51,397 nucleotides of DNA. Origin: a virus (taxonomy: Duplodnaviria > Caudoviricetes). The translations under genes and the position numbers were made by a program. This document shows, piece after piece, positions 9,266 to 18,405 of the stretch. Where the stretch lies: the IMG/VR virus record IMGVR_UViG_3300048588_000723, positions 1-51,397 of that record. One strand, written 5' to 3'. Within the stretch, counting starts at the first letter, position 1; every line of letters starts with the position of its first letter. The notes below the pieces were generated by a model, which worked only from the letters and a program-made list of their open reading frames with translations, did no database searches and was not told the origin of the DNA.

Positions 9266-9302
9266 AAAAAGAGCGTTATAGTAAAAAATAACGCTCTTTT
9301 TT
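9266..9302 (+). terminator. Rho-independent terminator
   Basis: AAAAAGAGCGTTAT...ATAACGCTCTTTTTT. Confidence 0.85.
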
Positions 9303-9328
9303 ATTTAATTAACTAATAGAGAGTAAAT

Positions 9329-9523
9329 TATCCTGATGGTATCCCAAAGGTATCCTGATGGTATCGCACTACATAGTATTAGGATACCATAAATGCAATA
9401 TTTTATTTATGTAAGCAATGTGTTTTTATAATTTTAAGTTTATATTTTTTAATTAATTGTCTGACAGTTATTTAAAAATCGCATTTGCGAGGCATCAGGA
9501 TACCATCAGGATACCTTTGGGAT
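9329..9523. repeat. Inverted arrays of 11-bp iteron-like units flanking an AT-rich spacer
   Basis: TATCCTGATGG/TATCCCAAAGG x3 at 9329-9361, inverted copies at 9492-9523; perfect 25-bp inverted repeat 9341-9365/9499-9523. Confidence 0.85.
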
Positions 9524-9617
9524 CGCTCTTCATCTTCTACTATATTATATATAAATAGAAAGGCTTTAAAAATCAACATTGCAATGTGATAATTTTATTG
9601 GAATAAAAACAATCATT

Positions 9618-9646
9618 TTGACTATTCTTGACTATGTTTGACACGA
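9618..9646 (+). promoter_or_regulatory. Putative promoter with three 10-bp-phased TTGAC repeats
   Basis: TTGAC at 9618, 9628 and 9638; TATGTTTG at 9633-9640. Confidence 0.5.
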
Positions 9647-9666
9647 ATTATTTAATCAAACAACTC

Positions 9667-10128
9667 ATGTCATACATTCTCGCACAAAAAGGAAAGTTAA
9701 GAAAAAAATTTCCAATTTCAACTTGGGAGCTTTTAGTAAACAAGAACGGATGGGTTCCTGTTGAAGAAAAGGAAACTCAGATTGTTGTTAACAAAAATAA
9801 AGCAATTGTTAGTCCCCCTTCTAGTGGAGATAAAAAAGTTGTGAGTGACGCTACTAAATCACAAACACAAGTTGTCAAAAATGAAATTGATTTTGTTGCT
9901 TCAGATGATTTCAAAAAAGTAATTGAAGAAAATAAAATTTCAAAATCCAATATCAAAGACAAATTGGATGAGAAAGAGATTACTTATAAAAACAATTCCA
10001 ACCTCGAAATATTAACAGCCATTTTGGCTAAAGAATTAAATAACGATGTTAAATCGCTTAAGGAACTTTTCGTAATTGAAGAAGATATTAAATCTGAAGA
10101 AGGTACTCAAGCTACAAATGACTTATAA
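9667..10128 (+). CDS. Hypothetical protein
   Basis: ORF track; likely start MSYILAQ. Confidence 0.65.
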   Translation: MSYILAQKGKLRKKFPISTWELLVNKNGWVPVEEKETQIVVNKNKAIVSPPSSGDKKVVSDATKSQTQVVKNEIDFVASDDFKKVIEENKISKSNIKDKLDEKEITYKNNSNLEILTAILAKELNNDVKSLKELFVIEEDIKSEEGTQATNDL

Positions 10129-10130
10129 AA

Positions 10131-10337
10131 ATGTTAGTTAAAAACAAAACAAACGGAAAAAAAATCTCCATTTCTGAAAAAGATTGGGATAAAATTTCAG
10201 CAAAGAGCAAATCAAATTTTATCATTCTTGTAGAAAAAAAAGAAGATAAAATAGTTCAAATTGTTGAAAACAAAGCAACTCCAACCCCACTTCCAGATAG
10301 TGGAACAAAGCCAGGAGTTGAGAAAAAGAAAAAATAA
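10131..10337 (+). CDS. Small basic hypothetical protein
   Basis: ORF track; operon spacing. Confidence 0.6.
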   Translation: MLVKNKTNGKKISISEKDWDKISAKSKSNFIILVEKKEDKIVQIVENKATPTPLPDSGTKPGVEKKKK

Positions 10338-10342
10338 AATAG

Positions 10343-10418
10343 TGCGAGATGGAGCAGTTGGCAGCTCGTTAGACTCATACTCTAAAGGTCACCGGTTCGA
10401 GTCCGGTTCTCGCTACCA
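10343..10418 (+). tRNA. tRNA-Met(CAU), initiator-type
   Basis: 76-nt cloverleaf with encoded CCA, anticodon loop CTCATAC, T-loop TTCGAGT, U1:U72 mismatch and A11:U24 pair. Confidence 0.93.
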
Positions 10419-10460
10419 AATAAATTAATGAATAATGCTGACGGGTAAGCCGTATGAATT

Positions 10461-11375
10461 ATGACAAAATCAGAAATTGAATTCGTTACAACGTTGGTCG
10501 GGAAAACGTTAAACACTCCCGCTGCTGAAGCTGCCTCGCTTCTATTTGAAATAAAAGAGGATGGATCAGGTGATTTGAAGGACACAGCTCTTCAAGCCTT
10601 ATTAGACAAAGATAGCGCACGCATTCAGAAAATTAAAGATGAAGGTAAAACTTTATTCGATAATGGCTATAAAAAAGCTCAGGGCGAAGCGCTTACAAAG
10701 TTTGAAAAAGACTTAAAAGAAAAGTTCGGAATAACAACTGATAAGCAAGGAGTAGAACTAATCGAACTCGTTGTTACAGAAAAGTTAAAATCCCAAGGTG
10801 GTGAATTAGACGATGAGAAAATAAAGCGCTCAAGTGCTTATTTGGCAATGGTCGATAAACTAACAAAGGAAAAGGCTGACGCTGTAAAAGCAGAAACAGA
10901 CAAGTTCAATGAATTGCAAACATCGATTCAAAGAGAATCAACCTTTAGTGAAATTTCTAAAGCTGCCGAAAAAATTATTAATGAATTGAATCCTATTTTA
11001 CCAGAAAGCAAAGAAAAAGCTAACGCTCAAATCAATCGATTAATCAAAGAACTAGGTTCTGAATACTCGTTTGAAATTAAAGATGGCAAAACTATTGTAT
11101 TAAAAGACGGTAAAGTACTTGAAGACAAACATGGTCACATGGTTGATTTCAAAGAGATAGTTAAATCCAAAGCTTCTGAAGTTTGGGATTTTAAACAAGG
11201 TCAACAGCGCCAAAGCGCAGGAAACAATAATAATGCCGGTGGAAATGGAGATGGAAATAAAGGGTATGCAGGACCAATACCAAAGAATGCTGACGAGTAC
11301 ATGGAGATGATTAAATCAGCTCCTGATGATGCTACAAAGCAAGAAATTACTAAGGTATGGACTGCGCAAAAATAA
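10461..11375 (+). CDS. Capsid scaffolding protein
   Basis: Charged coiled-coil protein with Gly/Asn-rich linker near the C-terminus, immediately before the capsid gene. Confidence 0.7.
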   Translation: MTKSEIEFVTTLVGKTLNTPAAEAASLLFEIKEDGSGDLKDTALQALLDKDSARIQKIKDEGKTLFDNGYKKAQGEALTKFEKDLKEKFGITTDKQGVELIELVVTEKLKSQGGELDDEKIKRSSAYLAMVDKLTKEKADAVKAETDKFNELQTSIQRESTFSEISKAAEKIINELNPILPESKEKANAQINRLIKELGSEYSFEIKDGKTIVLKDGKVLEDKHGHMVDFKEIVKSKASEVWDFKQGQQRQSAGNNNNAGGNGDGNKGYAGPIPKNADEYMEMIKSAPDDATKQEITKVWTAQK

Positions 11376-11404
11376 GCAGTATAAACCCTTAATTATTTAA
11401 AACC

Positions 11405-12454
11405 ATGGCAATAGATTTAACATGCGCAACATTAACAGCCGCATATTTTTTAGCACAAACAATGTTTGCAGACTCTGCAAAAAAAGCAGATTATGTTTCA
11501 GAAGTTGAATCAGCAAAAGCATTGATTGAAAACTCAACTGCGAAAGTTGATTATTTAGAAGATCCAAAAAAAGAGCGTGAAGCTCGTATTTATTGGACAA
11601 AGTTTTGTAACGAAACAACAAGCACAAGCGCACCTGATTTCTGTGAGTTCACAGGAGCTGAAGCTGACGCTGCTTGTAAAGACTATGCAATCGAATTGCA
11701 AGTTTCAAAATCGTTCACCATTGATGAAAAAAATTACGTTACAAGCAACCTGAACGTTCCGGAAGTGTTTGCTGATAACATGTTGAAAACCAAAAAAGCA
11801 TTGGATGAAAAAGTAACACAAATGCTTTTAGCAAAATTGGCTACATTCGCTTCTGCTAACTTGTACCAACAAGCTGGCATCGGATGTTCTGATGAAACCG
11901 GAGATTGGATTACAACATTTATTAATCCTACCTATTGGACACCTTCAGTATATGCTTACTTCTTGAAAGTAGCAAAAATGAATCACTTTTCTTCTCCATT
12001 TTTATTGGATGGTGAAAACTTGTTTGACATGATTGTTAATGCAGGTTTAAACGAAGGAAATGCAAATGGAAAAGGTGCAGCAGCAGCTGTTAAGTTAATG
12101 AAAACTTACAGCGATTTATTCAACATGACAAGCGTTGCGCCAAGCAAAACTTACATGATTGAAAGAGGAACTGTTGCTTTTGCTAATAAGGTTCTTTGGA
12201 AAGGATCTTCCGCACAAGCGCCAATCAAACGCGGAGACCACATTGGATTTAAATACAGTGAGCCTTCGATGAACATCCCTGGTTTGATGTACGATGTTTA
12301 CACCAAAACTACTTGTTCTGAGCAATATGAAAAAGTAGATGTACTTGTTCATACTCGTTTCGATTTGTTCAACGGAGCTGAAGGTTGTGATGGTGCTACT
12401 GGAGTTTTAGAATTCGAGTGTGGCGCTTGTCCTGAAATCGAAGCTGGATCATAA
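11405..12454 (+). CDS. Major capsid protein
   Basis: 349 aa, after the scaffold and followed by a strong terminator; call rests on gene order. Confidence 0.75.
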   Translation: MAIDLTCATLTAAYFLAQTMFADSAKKADYVSEVESAKALIENSTAKVDYLEDPKKEREARIYWTKFCNETTSTSAPDFCEFTGAEADAACKDYAIELQVSKSFTIDEKNYVTSNLNVPEVFADNMLKTKKALDEKVTQMLLAKLATFASANLYQQAGIGCSDETGDWITTFINPTYWTPSVYAYFLKVAKMNHFSSPFLLDGENLFDMIVNAGLNEGNANGKGAAAAVKLMKTYSDLFNMTSVAPSKTYMIERGTVAFANKVLWKGSSAQAPIKRGDHIGFKYSEPSMNIPGLMYDVYTKTTCSEQYEKVDVLVHTRFDLFNGAEGCDGATGVLEFECGACPEIEAGS

Positions 12455-12477
12455 TCCAATTAATTATTATTTGAACT

Positions 12478-12513
12478 AAAAAGAGCCGCTTCATATTTGG
12501 GGTGGCTCTTTTT
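12478..12513 (+). terminator. Rho-independent terminator
   Basis: AAAAAGAGCCGCTTCA...TGGGGTGGCTCTTTTT. Confidence 0.8.
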
Positions 12514-12528
12514 ATAAAGCGCCTAATC

Positions 12529-13596
12529 ATGGAAGAATGCTTAACAAATGTGATTAAACTATCACGTACAACTTGCGAATGCTTTGATGAAAATAAACCG
12601 GAAGAATTTGCTGATGGCAAGTTTGATATTTACTTGGATGAGTTAGAAGGAATGAATCTTAAAATGGTTTCAGGAGCTGAAGGATGTGAAGAAGGTGGAA
12701 TATGGGATATACTTGATAAAGCACGAGAAAACGCTACAAAGCAATTTAAAGCAGATTTATTGTCCTGCTTAAATACCAACTATATAAATCGCAGAGAAAG
12801 TTATTCCGGAGTGGTTGGCAAAACAACATTCACCGGGTCCTTATCATTGACAAAATCTACAATTGGTTGGAAGGTAAAATTTAATCCTATTGATGGTGGC
12901 TATATGACAATTAAGCGCATAGCAATTGGAATAAATACAACTCAATCAGTTACTGTTTCAGTTTTTGATAATAACGAATATGCAGATACTCCTCTTGGGG
13001 TATATACAATCAATGCTGTAGCAAATGTATTAACCTATGCAACTCTTGCAACTCCATTAGAGTTACCAATGTGGAGCACTTCAGGAAAACGATTAGAGTA
13101 CTATTTTGTTTATGACAGAGGTTCCGCTCAGCCAAAAGACATGAAAGTCGATTGTAATTGCGGTGGCATAAAACCAGCATGGACACAATGGATTGCTGTC
13201 AATGGAATTCAAGGAAACAATACTGACTATGCTACATTTACTTCAGACAATTATGCAAATGGATTAATACTAGATATAGCATTTAGTTGTAAAGCAATTA
13301 GTATCATTTGCAATGAGCACAAGCCATTGAGCGAAGATAATGGTTATGATTTGCAAATTGCCTATGCTATTCGTTGGAAAGCCGGAGAATTAGTTTGGGA
13401 GAAAATATTAAGCTCTCAAAACATCAATAGATACACGCTGATGGATAGAGAGGCTTTGTATGGCAAAAGAAATCATGCACGAAAATTATATGGTGAATTC
13501 ATTGCTTATCTATGTGAAAATGTACCGGCACAAAAGTATGGATGTTTAACATGCAGGCCTAATAATAATTTTCATAAATCAAATGCATTGGCATGA
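12529..13596 (+). CDS. Head-tail adaptor-like structural protein (Cys-rich)
   Basis: Directly after the capsid gene; likely start MEECL. Confidence 0.5.
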   Translation: MEECLTNVIKLSRTTCECFDENKPEEFADGKFDIYLDELEGMNLKMVSGAEGCEEGGIWDILDKARENATKQFKADLLSCLNTNYINRRESYSGVVGKTTFTGSLSLTKSTIGWKVKFNPIDGGYMTIKRIAIGINTTQSVTVSVFDNNEYADTPLGVYTINAVANVLTYATLATPLELPMWSTSGKRLEYYFVYDRGSAQPKDMKVDCNCGGIKPAWTQWIAVNGIQGNNTDYATFTSDNYANGLILDIAFSCKAISIICNEHKPLSEDNGYDLQIAYAIRWKAGELVWEKILSSQNINRYTLMDREALYGKRNHARKLYGEFIAYLCENVPAQKYGCLTCRPNNNFHKSNALA

Positions 13597-14168
13597 AAGC
13601 AAACCAATTTGATGATAAGCTAAATAAATTCAGAGCCTTATTGGCTGCTGAAGTTCCTGCTATTAATGAAAGGATTGCGTTAAATGCATATGATATGGCC
13701 AGCACACGTGTTATAAATTCTGGTGTCGATGGAGATGGAAATCAATTAGGATCTTATTCAGAAAATGAATTGCCATTATTTTTTTACACAGGAAAAAGTT
13801 TAAATAAAGCTGGTGAAGCGGCAGTAGAAAAAGCAAAGAAAGCCGGGAAAGGGCTGTCCTATAAAGATTTCAGAGAAGCGAATAACAGACCTACAGACCA
13901 TGTGACACTTTCCTTTTCTGGTGACATGTGGAAAGACATAGGTGTTGTAAAGCAAATTGTTGATGCAAATAAAATTGTAACTGTTGTAGGAGCCAAGAAC
14001 ACGAAAACAAGAAAATCTGGAAAGAAAACATTGAGTACAGATGATATATTGGATGGAAATAAGGAGCGTTATGGAGATTTTTTGGAAGTAAATGCTGAGG
14101 AAGAAAAAAAATTACTAAACACATATGATGTTTATTTACAACAATTAATTAATAAGGTATTCGAATGA
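13593..14168 (+). CDS. Neck/tail completion (virion morphogenesis)-like protein
   Basis: GVDGDGNQLGSYS...VTLSFSGDMW resembles phage virion-morphogenesis proteins. Confidence 0.55.
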   Translation: MKANQFDDKLNKFRALLAAEVPAINERIALNAYDMASTRVINSGVDGDGNQLGSYSENELPLFFYTGKSLNKAGEAAVEKAKKAGKGLSYKDFREANNRPTDHVTLSFSGDMWKDIGVVKQIVDANKIVTVVGAKNTKTRKSGKKTLSTDDILDGNKERYGDFLEVNAEEEKKLLNTYDVYLQQLINKVFE

Positions 14169-14515
14169 TAACAAGCGATTTTTTTATACTGTCATTTTTA
14201 ATAGCCATTCTCGCATTTGTTTATGTGTGCATACTTGCTATTCCAGGAGAAGTATTCGGCAAAATCAATAATTTTTTGTACTTGTATTTTAAGAACAATG
14301 AAAGAGAACAAGCTGGGATGTTTCCTCATCCTATATACAAATTGTTAATTGGTTGTGAAAAATGTATTGCCGGCCAAATAGCGCTATGGTCATTCCTTGT
14401 TAAAAATTGGACTGAATACACTTATAAGTTGATTTTTACACATGTCTTATTTGTTGGGCTTACAATTTTCATCACAGTAATTATTAAATCAATTTATAAA
14501 CGCTACATCGAATGA
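14165..14515 (+). CDS. Membrane protein with CxxC
   Basis: Hydrophobic segments and GCEKCIAGQIALW. Confidence 0.6.
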   Translation: MITSDFFILSFLIAILAFVYVCILAIPGEVFGKINNFLYLYFKNNEREQAGMFPHPIYKLLIGCEKCIAGQIALWSFLVKNWTEYTYKLIFTHVLFVGLTIFITVIIKSIYKRYIE

Positions 14516-15003
14516 GTGAAGTAAAAAGTATTGAAAAAAAACAACGTGAATTTATGGCTAATGGCCATAAGTACATTGTTATGGACAAGATTTCTATTGC
14601 TCGTTTTAAAGAGTATGAGAAGCTAGTGCCACGCTTAAGTTTTGGATTATCATTCAAAGAAATTTTTGATAAACTAAATAAATTGTACACCGCATTGAAT
14701 AAACAACAGTTTGCAAATGCAGCTGTATTGTGTCATAATATGATGAATGGAATCAATGCTGTTGATGATAATAAACGCGTTAACCCGGCATTAATGATGG
14801 CTGCTCTTGTTATTAATCGTGTAGATGAAGATCCAACGACATACAACGAGGAATTAATGTTTGATAAAATAGCAGACTGGCAAACGGAGGGCTATAATAT
14901 GATGGATTTTTTCGAATTGTCTCTGAATTCTATCCAGGGCTTCAGAGAAACATTGCTAAAATATACTCAGGCGCAGGCGGAAACAATGCTGGAGAAAAAA
15001 TAG
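14512..15003 (+). CDS. Tail assembly chaperone (G-like)
   Basis: Upstream of the tape measure gene; contains slippery T TTT TTC at 14907-14913. Confidence 0.7.
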   Translation: MSEVKSIEKKQREFMANGHKYIVMDKISIARFKEYEKLVPRLSFGLSFKEIFDKLNKLYTALNKQQFANAAVLCHNMMNGINAVDDNKRVNPALMMAALVINRVDEDPTTYNEELMFDKIADWQTEGYNMMDFFELSLNSIQGFRETLLKYTQAQAETMLEKK

Positions 15004-15227
15004 TCTTGCTGCAACAGCATGACATGGAAGTAGAAAAGAATTGGTCAGAACTATTTATGGTGATGACGGAAAGTGAATCTGGAAGAGTACAGGCAACAGA
15101 TGAGAAGGCACTCAGTGCAATGTGGGTAGAAGAGTTTTTTACAAAATTATTGGTGTTTAAAGAACGCCTAGACAAACGAGCCGCAGCGGCCGCAAAAGCA
15201 AATGGCAAAACTAACTCTAGATATTGA
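14907..15227 (+). CDS. Tail assembly chaperone -1 frameshift extension (GT-like)
   Basis: The -1 frame is open from 14898 (after TAA 14895) to TGA 15227, starting just before the slippery heptamer. Confidence 0.7.
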   Translation, partial: FFRIVSEFYPGLQRNIAKIYSGAGGNNAGEKIVLLQQHDMEVEKNWSELFMVMTESESGRVQATDEKALSAMWVEEFFTKLLVFKERLDKRAAAAAKANGKTNSRY

Positions 15228-18200
15228 ATCGAATGCGCTCAGTGTATTTGATAAAGCATTAGAAAGCATGTCAGAGCTTAGCTCTGGTGTTTCTGATTTT
15301 GAAAAACAGGGAAAAAAATCATTTGATAATGTTACAAAAGAAGCTGAAGGATTAAATAATGAGATTGTAAAAGGAGCAGAATCTACATCTGATTTTGTTG
15401 ATGAAACAATTAAGCTGAGTAAGTCCTCTAATGTAATAAAAGATTTAAAAAAACAAATTAAAGAGTACGAATCTCAGGCATTTAAAGCAGCATTAGCAGG
15501 AGATAAGGCATTAGGGGAAGAGTTTCAACGTAAAGCAGGTGCTGCTAAAAACCAGTTATCCAGTTTTAATACTGAGGTTAAAGCATTAACAGGAAATTTT
15601 GGACAAAACTTAGCAAAAGCAGCTAGTGAAGCCACTACTGTCATAGCTACAGGATTTGAGGGGATTTTATCAACTCAAATTTTATTAGGCGATAAATCTA
15701 AAGAGTTTGAAGAAACATTATTAAAGTTGCAAGCAATAAATGGTATTGCAAATGTTGCTAGAGAATTTGCAGGTATCTCAGACAAGCTTACTGAAATAAA
15801 GCTAGGTTTCGCACCAGTAACACAATTATTTACAAATGGAGCTTCGTCAATAGTTGATAGTTACAGTAACGTAAATGAATCATTAAAAGGATTCTTTTCC
15901 AATTTTACAGGAAATGCTAAAGCAGCCATTACAGGTGCAGCAGGTTATTTAAAAGATTTCGGTAAGCAATCTGTACAAGTTGCAAAAAATTTAGGAACAG
16001 GATTTGTTTCCTTCTTCTCTAATTTCGGCACCAACATGAAAGCGTTTGCAACATCTGCAAAGGCTGGAATTAATACAATAGGAACTGCTATACGAGCAAA
16101 TCCACTGGGAATTATACTAACCATTGTAGGTTTAATTATAGGGGCAATGGTTTTACTAAGAGATAAAGTAAAACCAATAATGGTCCTTTTCCAATTTTTG
16201 GGAGACATTATAGGTGCTATTGCTGACCACATAGAATCATTATTACAAGCAATTGGATTAACTGCATCGGAATCTGAAAAGGCTAATCAAAAAATAATTG
16301 ATAGTCATGCTGAGGTAAGAGAAGCAATTGAAAATAGATATGACAATGAAATCAAATTATTAAATGCTGCCGGGAAAGAAACTGCTGAAAAGGAAAAGGA
16401 AAAACTAAAAGCTGTTCGAGAATCAATAAAACAACAGCTTACAGCAATGGAAATTAAAAAAGCCAGAGGAGAAGAATTGTCTGATGAAGAAACAGAGGCG
16501 TATAAAAAAAGTATGATTGAACAAAAAAATATTTTGTTTGATTTGGCAGCAATCGATTTACGTGTTAAAAAAGAGCGTGCAGATGCAGCTAAAGCAGCTG
16601 CGAAAGAAGCTGAAGCAGCAGCTAAAGAGGCTGCACAAAAACAATTGCAATTACAAAAGGATTTACAACAAGGCTTAGCAGACCTTGCTAAACGTGCTCA
16701 ACAAGCAGAATTAGAAGGCTTGTATGGCAAAGAGCGATTAGACAGACAGAAAGAAATTAATGATAAGGATTTACAAGCATTGCGCGACTTACTTCAAAAG
16801 AAAGGCGAATTGCTTAATAAAAATTTTAAATTCTCAGCAGAGCAGGAGGAGCAATTTGCTATTCTTAAAACTCGAATCAATGAAGACTATTATGATGCTA
16901 TTTTAAAACTCGAAGTTGAAAACTCAAATAAAATAGCGGAGTCTAGAAAAAAAGAGATTGATTCTGAAGTAGAATTTTTAGAGTTAAAAGCCAAACTTGC
17001 TGAAGAAAGAATTAAAGGCACAACTGCACCAAAAGGTATCTCCAAAGATGCTGAAGTAACATTTGAATTACTTAAACAAAAGCAAATTCTTGAAATACGC
17101 AAACAAGCAGCTATTGATTTGTTGCAAATCAAACAAGATGCTATTGATGCTGAAACGAACAAATCTACAACCGCTTTAGAAAATGAATTAAAGCTATTGG
17201 AAGGAAGAAACGATGCCATATCAATAGCAAGAGCATCCGCAATCGAAAAAGAAATTGAGGCAATTGAAAAAAGTGCTGTAGTTCAAAAAGAAATATTGGT
17301 TGCTCAAACTCAATCTACTGTTTCAGAAATTAATAAGGAATTGGATAAAATAGGTGAAAACCTAAAACCTAAAAAAATTGATTTAGAGAAGTTGTTAGGT
17401 GGTGATGCTTCTGAGATTTCCTTTGCACTTAAAGCCAAAGTAAATATTGAGGTTTCCCAAGAAGATGTACAATCTGCTAAAGATGCACTTTCAACCCTTG
17501 CTGATAGTTTAAAATCTATCATGAATGATTATTTCGAAGCGGCACAAGCGCAACTTGACCAGGAGTTAGAAATGAATGCTCAAAGAATTGAGTCTCATGA
17601 AGAAATGATTAGTAGTTTAAAGGATCAGCTAGCAAATGAAAAAGAATTACGCGATCAGGGATTAGCAAATGATGTTGAACGTATTCAAGCTCAAATAAAA
17701 GAAGTAGAAGCTGCAAGGCAAAGAGATTTAGACAATGAAAGACGCTTGAAAAAAGAGAAGTTGAAGTTGGCAAAAGAACAATTAGTGATTGACACAATTA
17801 CTCAAGCATCACAAATGGTTTTAGCCATTGCTCAGTTATATGCATCCTTATCGTCTTTCACAATTGGACCTATTCCGGTAGGTGTTATTATTGCAACAGC
17901 CACAAGTGCTGCAATGGTAGGAGCTTTTATTGCAGGTAAAAAGAAAGCATTTGAAGCAGTTAATTCAGGAAATCAAGGATTGAGAAAAGGTGGTTATACA
18001 GGTGATGGTAATTGGGATGAACCTTCCGGCCACTTCACTCATAAGGGAGAGTTTGTTAATACGGCTGAAGACACTTTGAAATATAAGCCATTATTTGAAG
18101 GTATTCATAAGAAGGATAAATCTTTAATGGAGATTGGATTGCGTGATTTATTAAAAGATACAGGAGTAGTTTTAGATTCCGAAATACCAAAAGGTCTTTC

Positions 18201-18405
18201 AGATAAAAAAGAGTCAACACGTGCAGCTGAAATAAAAATGCAGTTTGCAAACGATAATTCGGGTGTTGAAAGCAGAATTGATAATGTGGAATCACACATA
18301 AAAAAATTAGTGAAACAAGGAGAGTTTTCTACAACAGTAAAACCGGATGGTACTGTAATTGAAAAAAGAGGAAGCATTACACGAGTAATCAAGCCAAGAA
18401 AATAG
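15202..18405 (+). CDS. Tape measure protein
   Basis: 1067 aa, helical Ala/Glu/Lys-rich, ANPLGIIL hydrophobic segment and C-terminal KGGYTG...GEFV motif. Confidence 0.88.
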   Translation: MAKLTLDIESNALSVFDKALESMSELSSGVSDFEKQGKKSFDNVTKEAEGLNNEIVKGAESTSDFVDETIKLSKSSNVIKDLKKQIKEYESQAFKAALAGDKALGEEFQRKAGAAKNQLSSFNTEVKALTGNFGQNLAKAASEATTVIATGFEGILSTQILLGDKSKEFEETLLKLQAINGIANVAREFAGISDKLTEIKLGFAPVTQLFTNGASSIVDSYSNVNESLKGFFSNFTGNAKAAITGAAGYLKDFGKQSVQVAKNLGTGFVSFFSNFGTNMKAFATSAKAGINTIGTAIRANPLGIILTIVGLIIGAMVLLRDKVKPIMVLFQFLGDIIGAIADHIESLLQAIGLTASESEKANQKIIDSHAEVREAIENRYDNEIKLLNAAGKETAEKEKEKLKAVRESIKQQLTAMEIKKARGEELSDEETEAYKKSMIEQKNILFDLAAIDLRVKKERADAAKAAAKEAEAAAKEAAQKQLQLQKDLQQGLADLAKRAQQAELEGLYGKERLDRQKEINDKDLQALRDLLQKKGELLNKNFKFSAEQEEQFAILKTRINEDYYDAILKLEVENSNKIAESRKKEIDSEVEFLELKAKLAEERIKGTTAPKGISKDAEVTFELLKQKQILEIRKQAAIDLLQIKQDAIDAETNKSTTALENELKLLEGRNDAISIARASAIEKEIEAIEKSAVVQKEILVAQTQSTVSEINKELDKIGENLKPKKIDLEKLLGGDASEISFALKAKVNIEVSQEDVQSAKDALSTLADSLKSIMNDYFEAAQAQLDQELEMNAQRIESHEEMISSLKDQLANEKELRDQGLANDVERIQAQIKEVEAARQRDLDNERRLKKEKLKLAKEQLVIDTITQASQMVLAIAQLYASLSSFTIGPIPVGVIIATATSAAMVGAFIAGKKKAFEAVNSGNQGLRKGGYTGDGNWDEPSGHFTHKGEFVNTAEDTLKYKPLFEGIHKKDKSLMEIGLRDLLKDTGVVLDSEIPKGLSDKKESTRAAEIKMQFANDNSGVESRIDNVESHIKKLVKQGEFSTTVKPDGTVIEKRGSITRVIKPRK

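Noticed and set aside
14990-15005. TAG readthrough or stop-codon reassignment
   Set aside because: The downstream ORF is in the -1 frame, a canonical slippery site exists upstream, genes are intact in the standard code and no suppressor tRNA is seen.
15945-17797. Antisense ORFs within the TMP and similar ones elsewhere (e.g. 38655-39071, 43365-43802, 48143-48550)
   Set aside because: Fully overlap well-supported genes on the other strand and have shadow-like Ser/Phe-rich composition.
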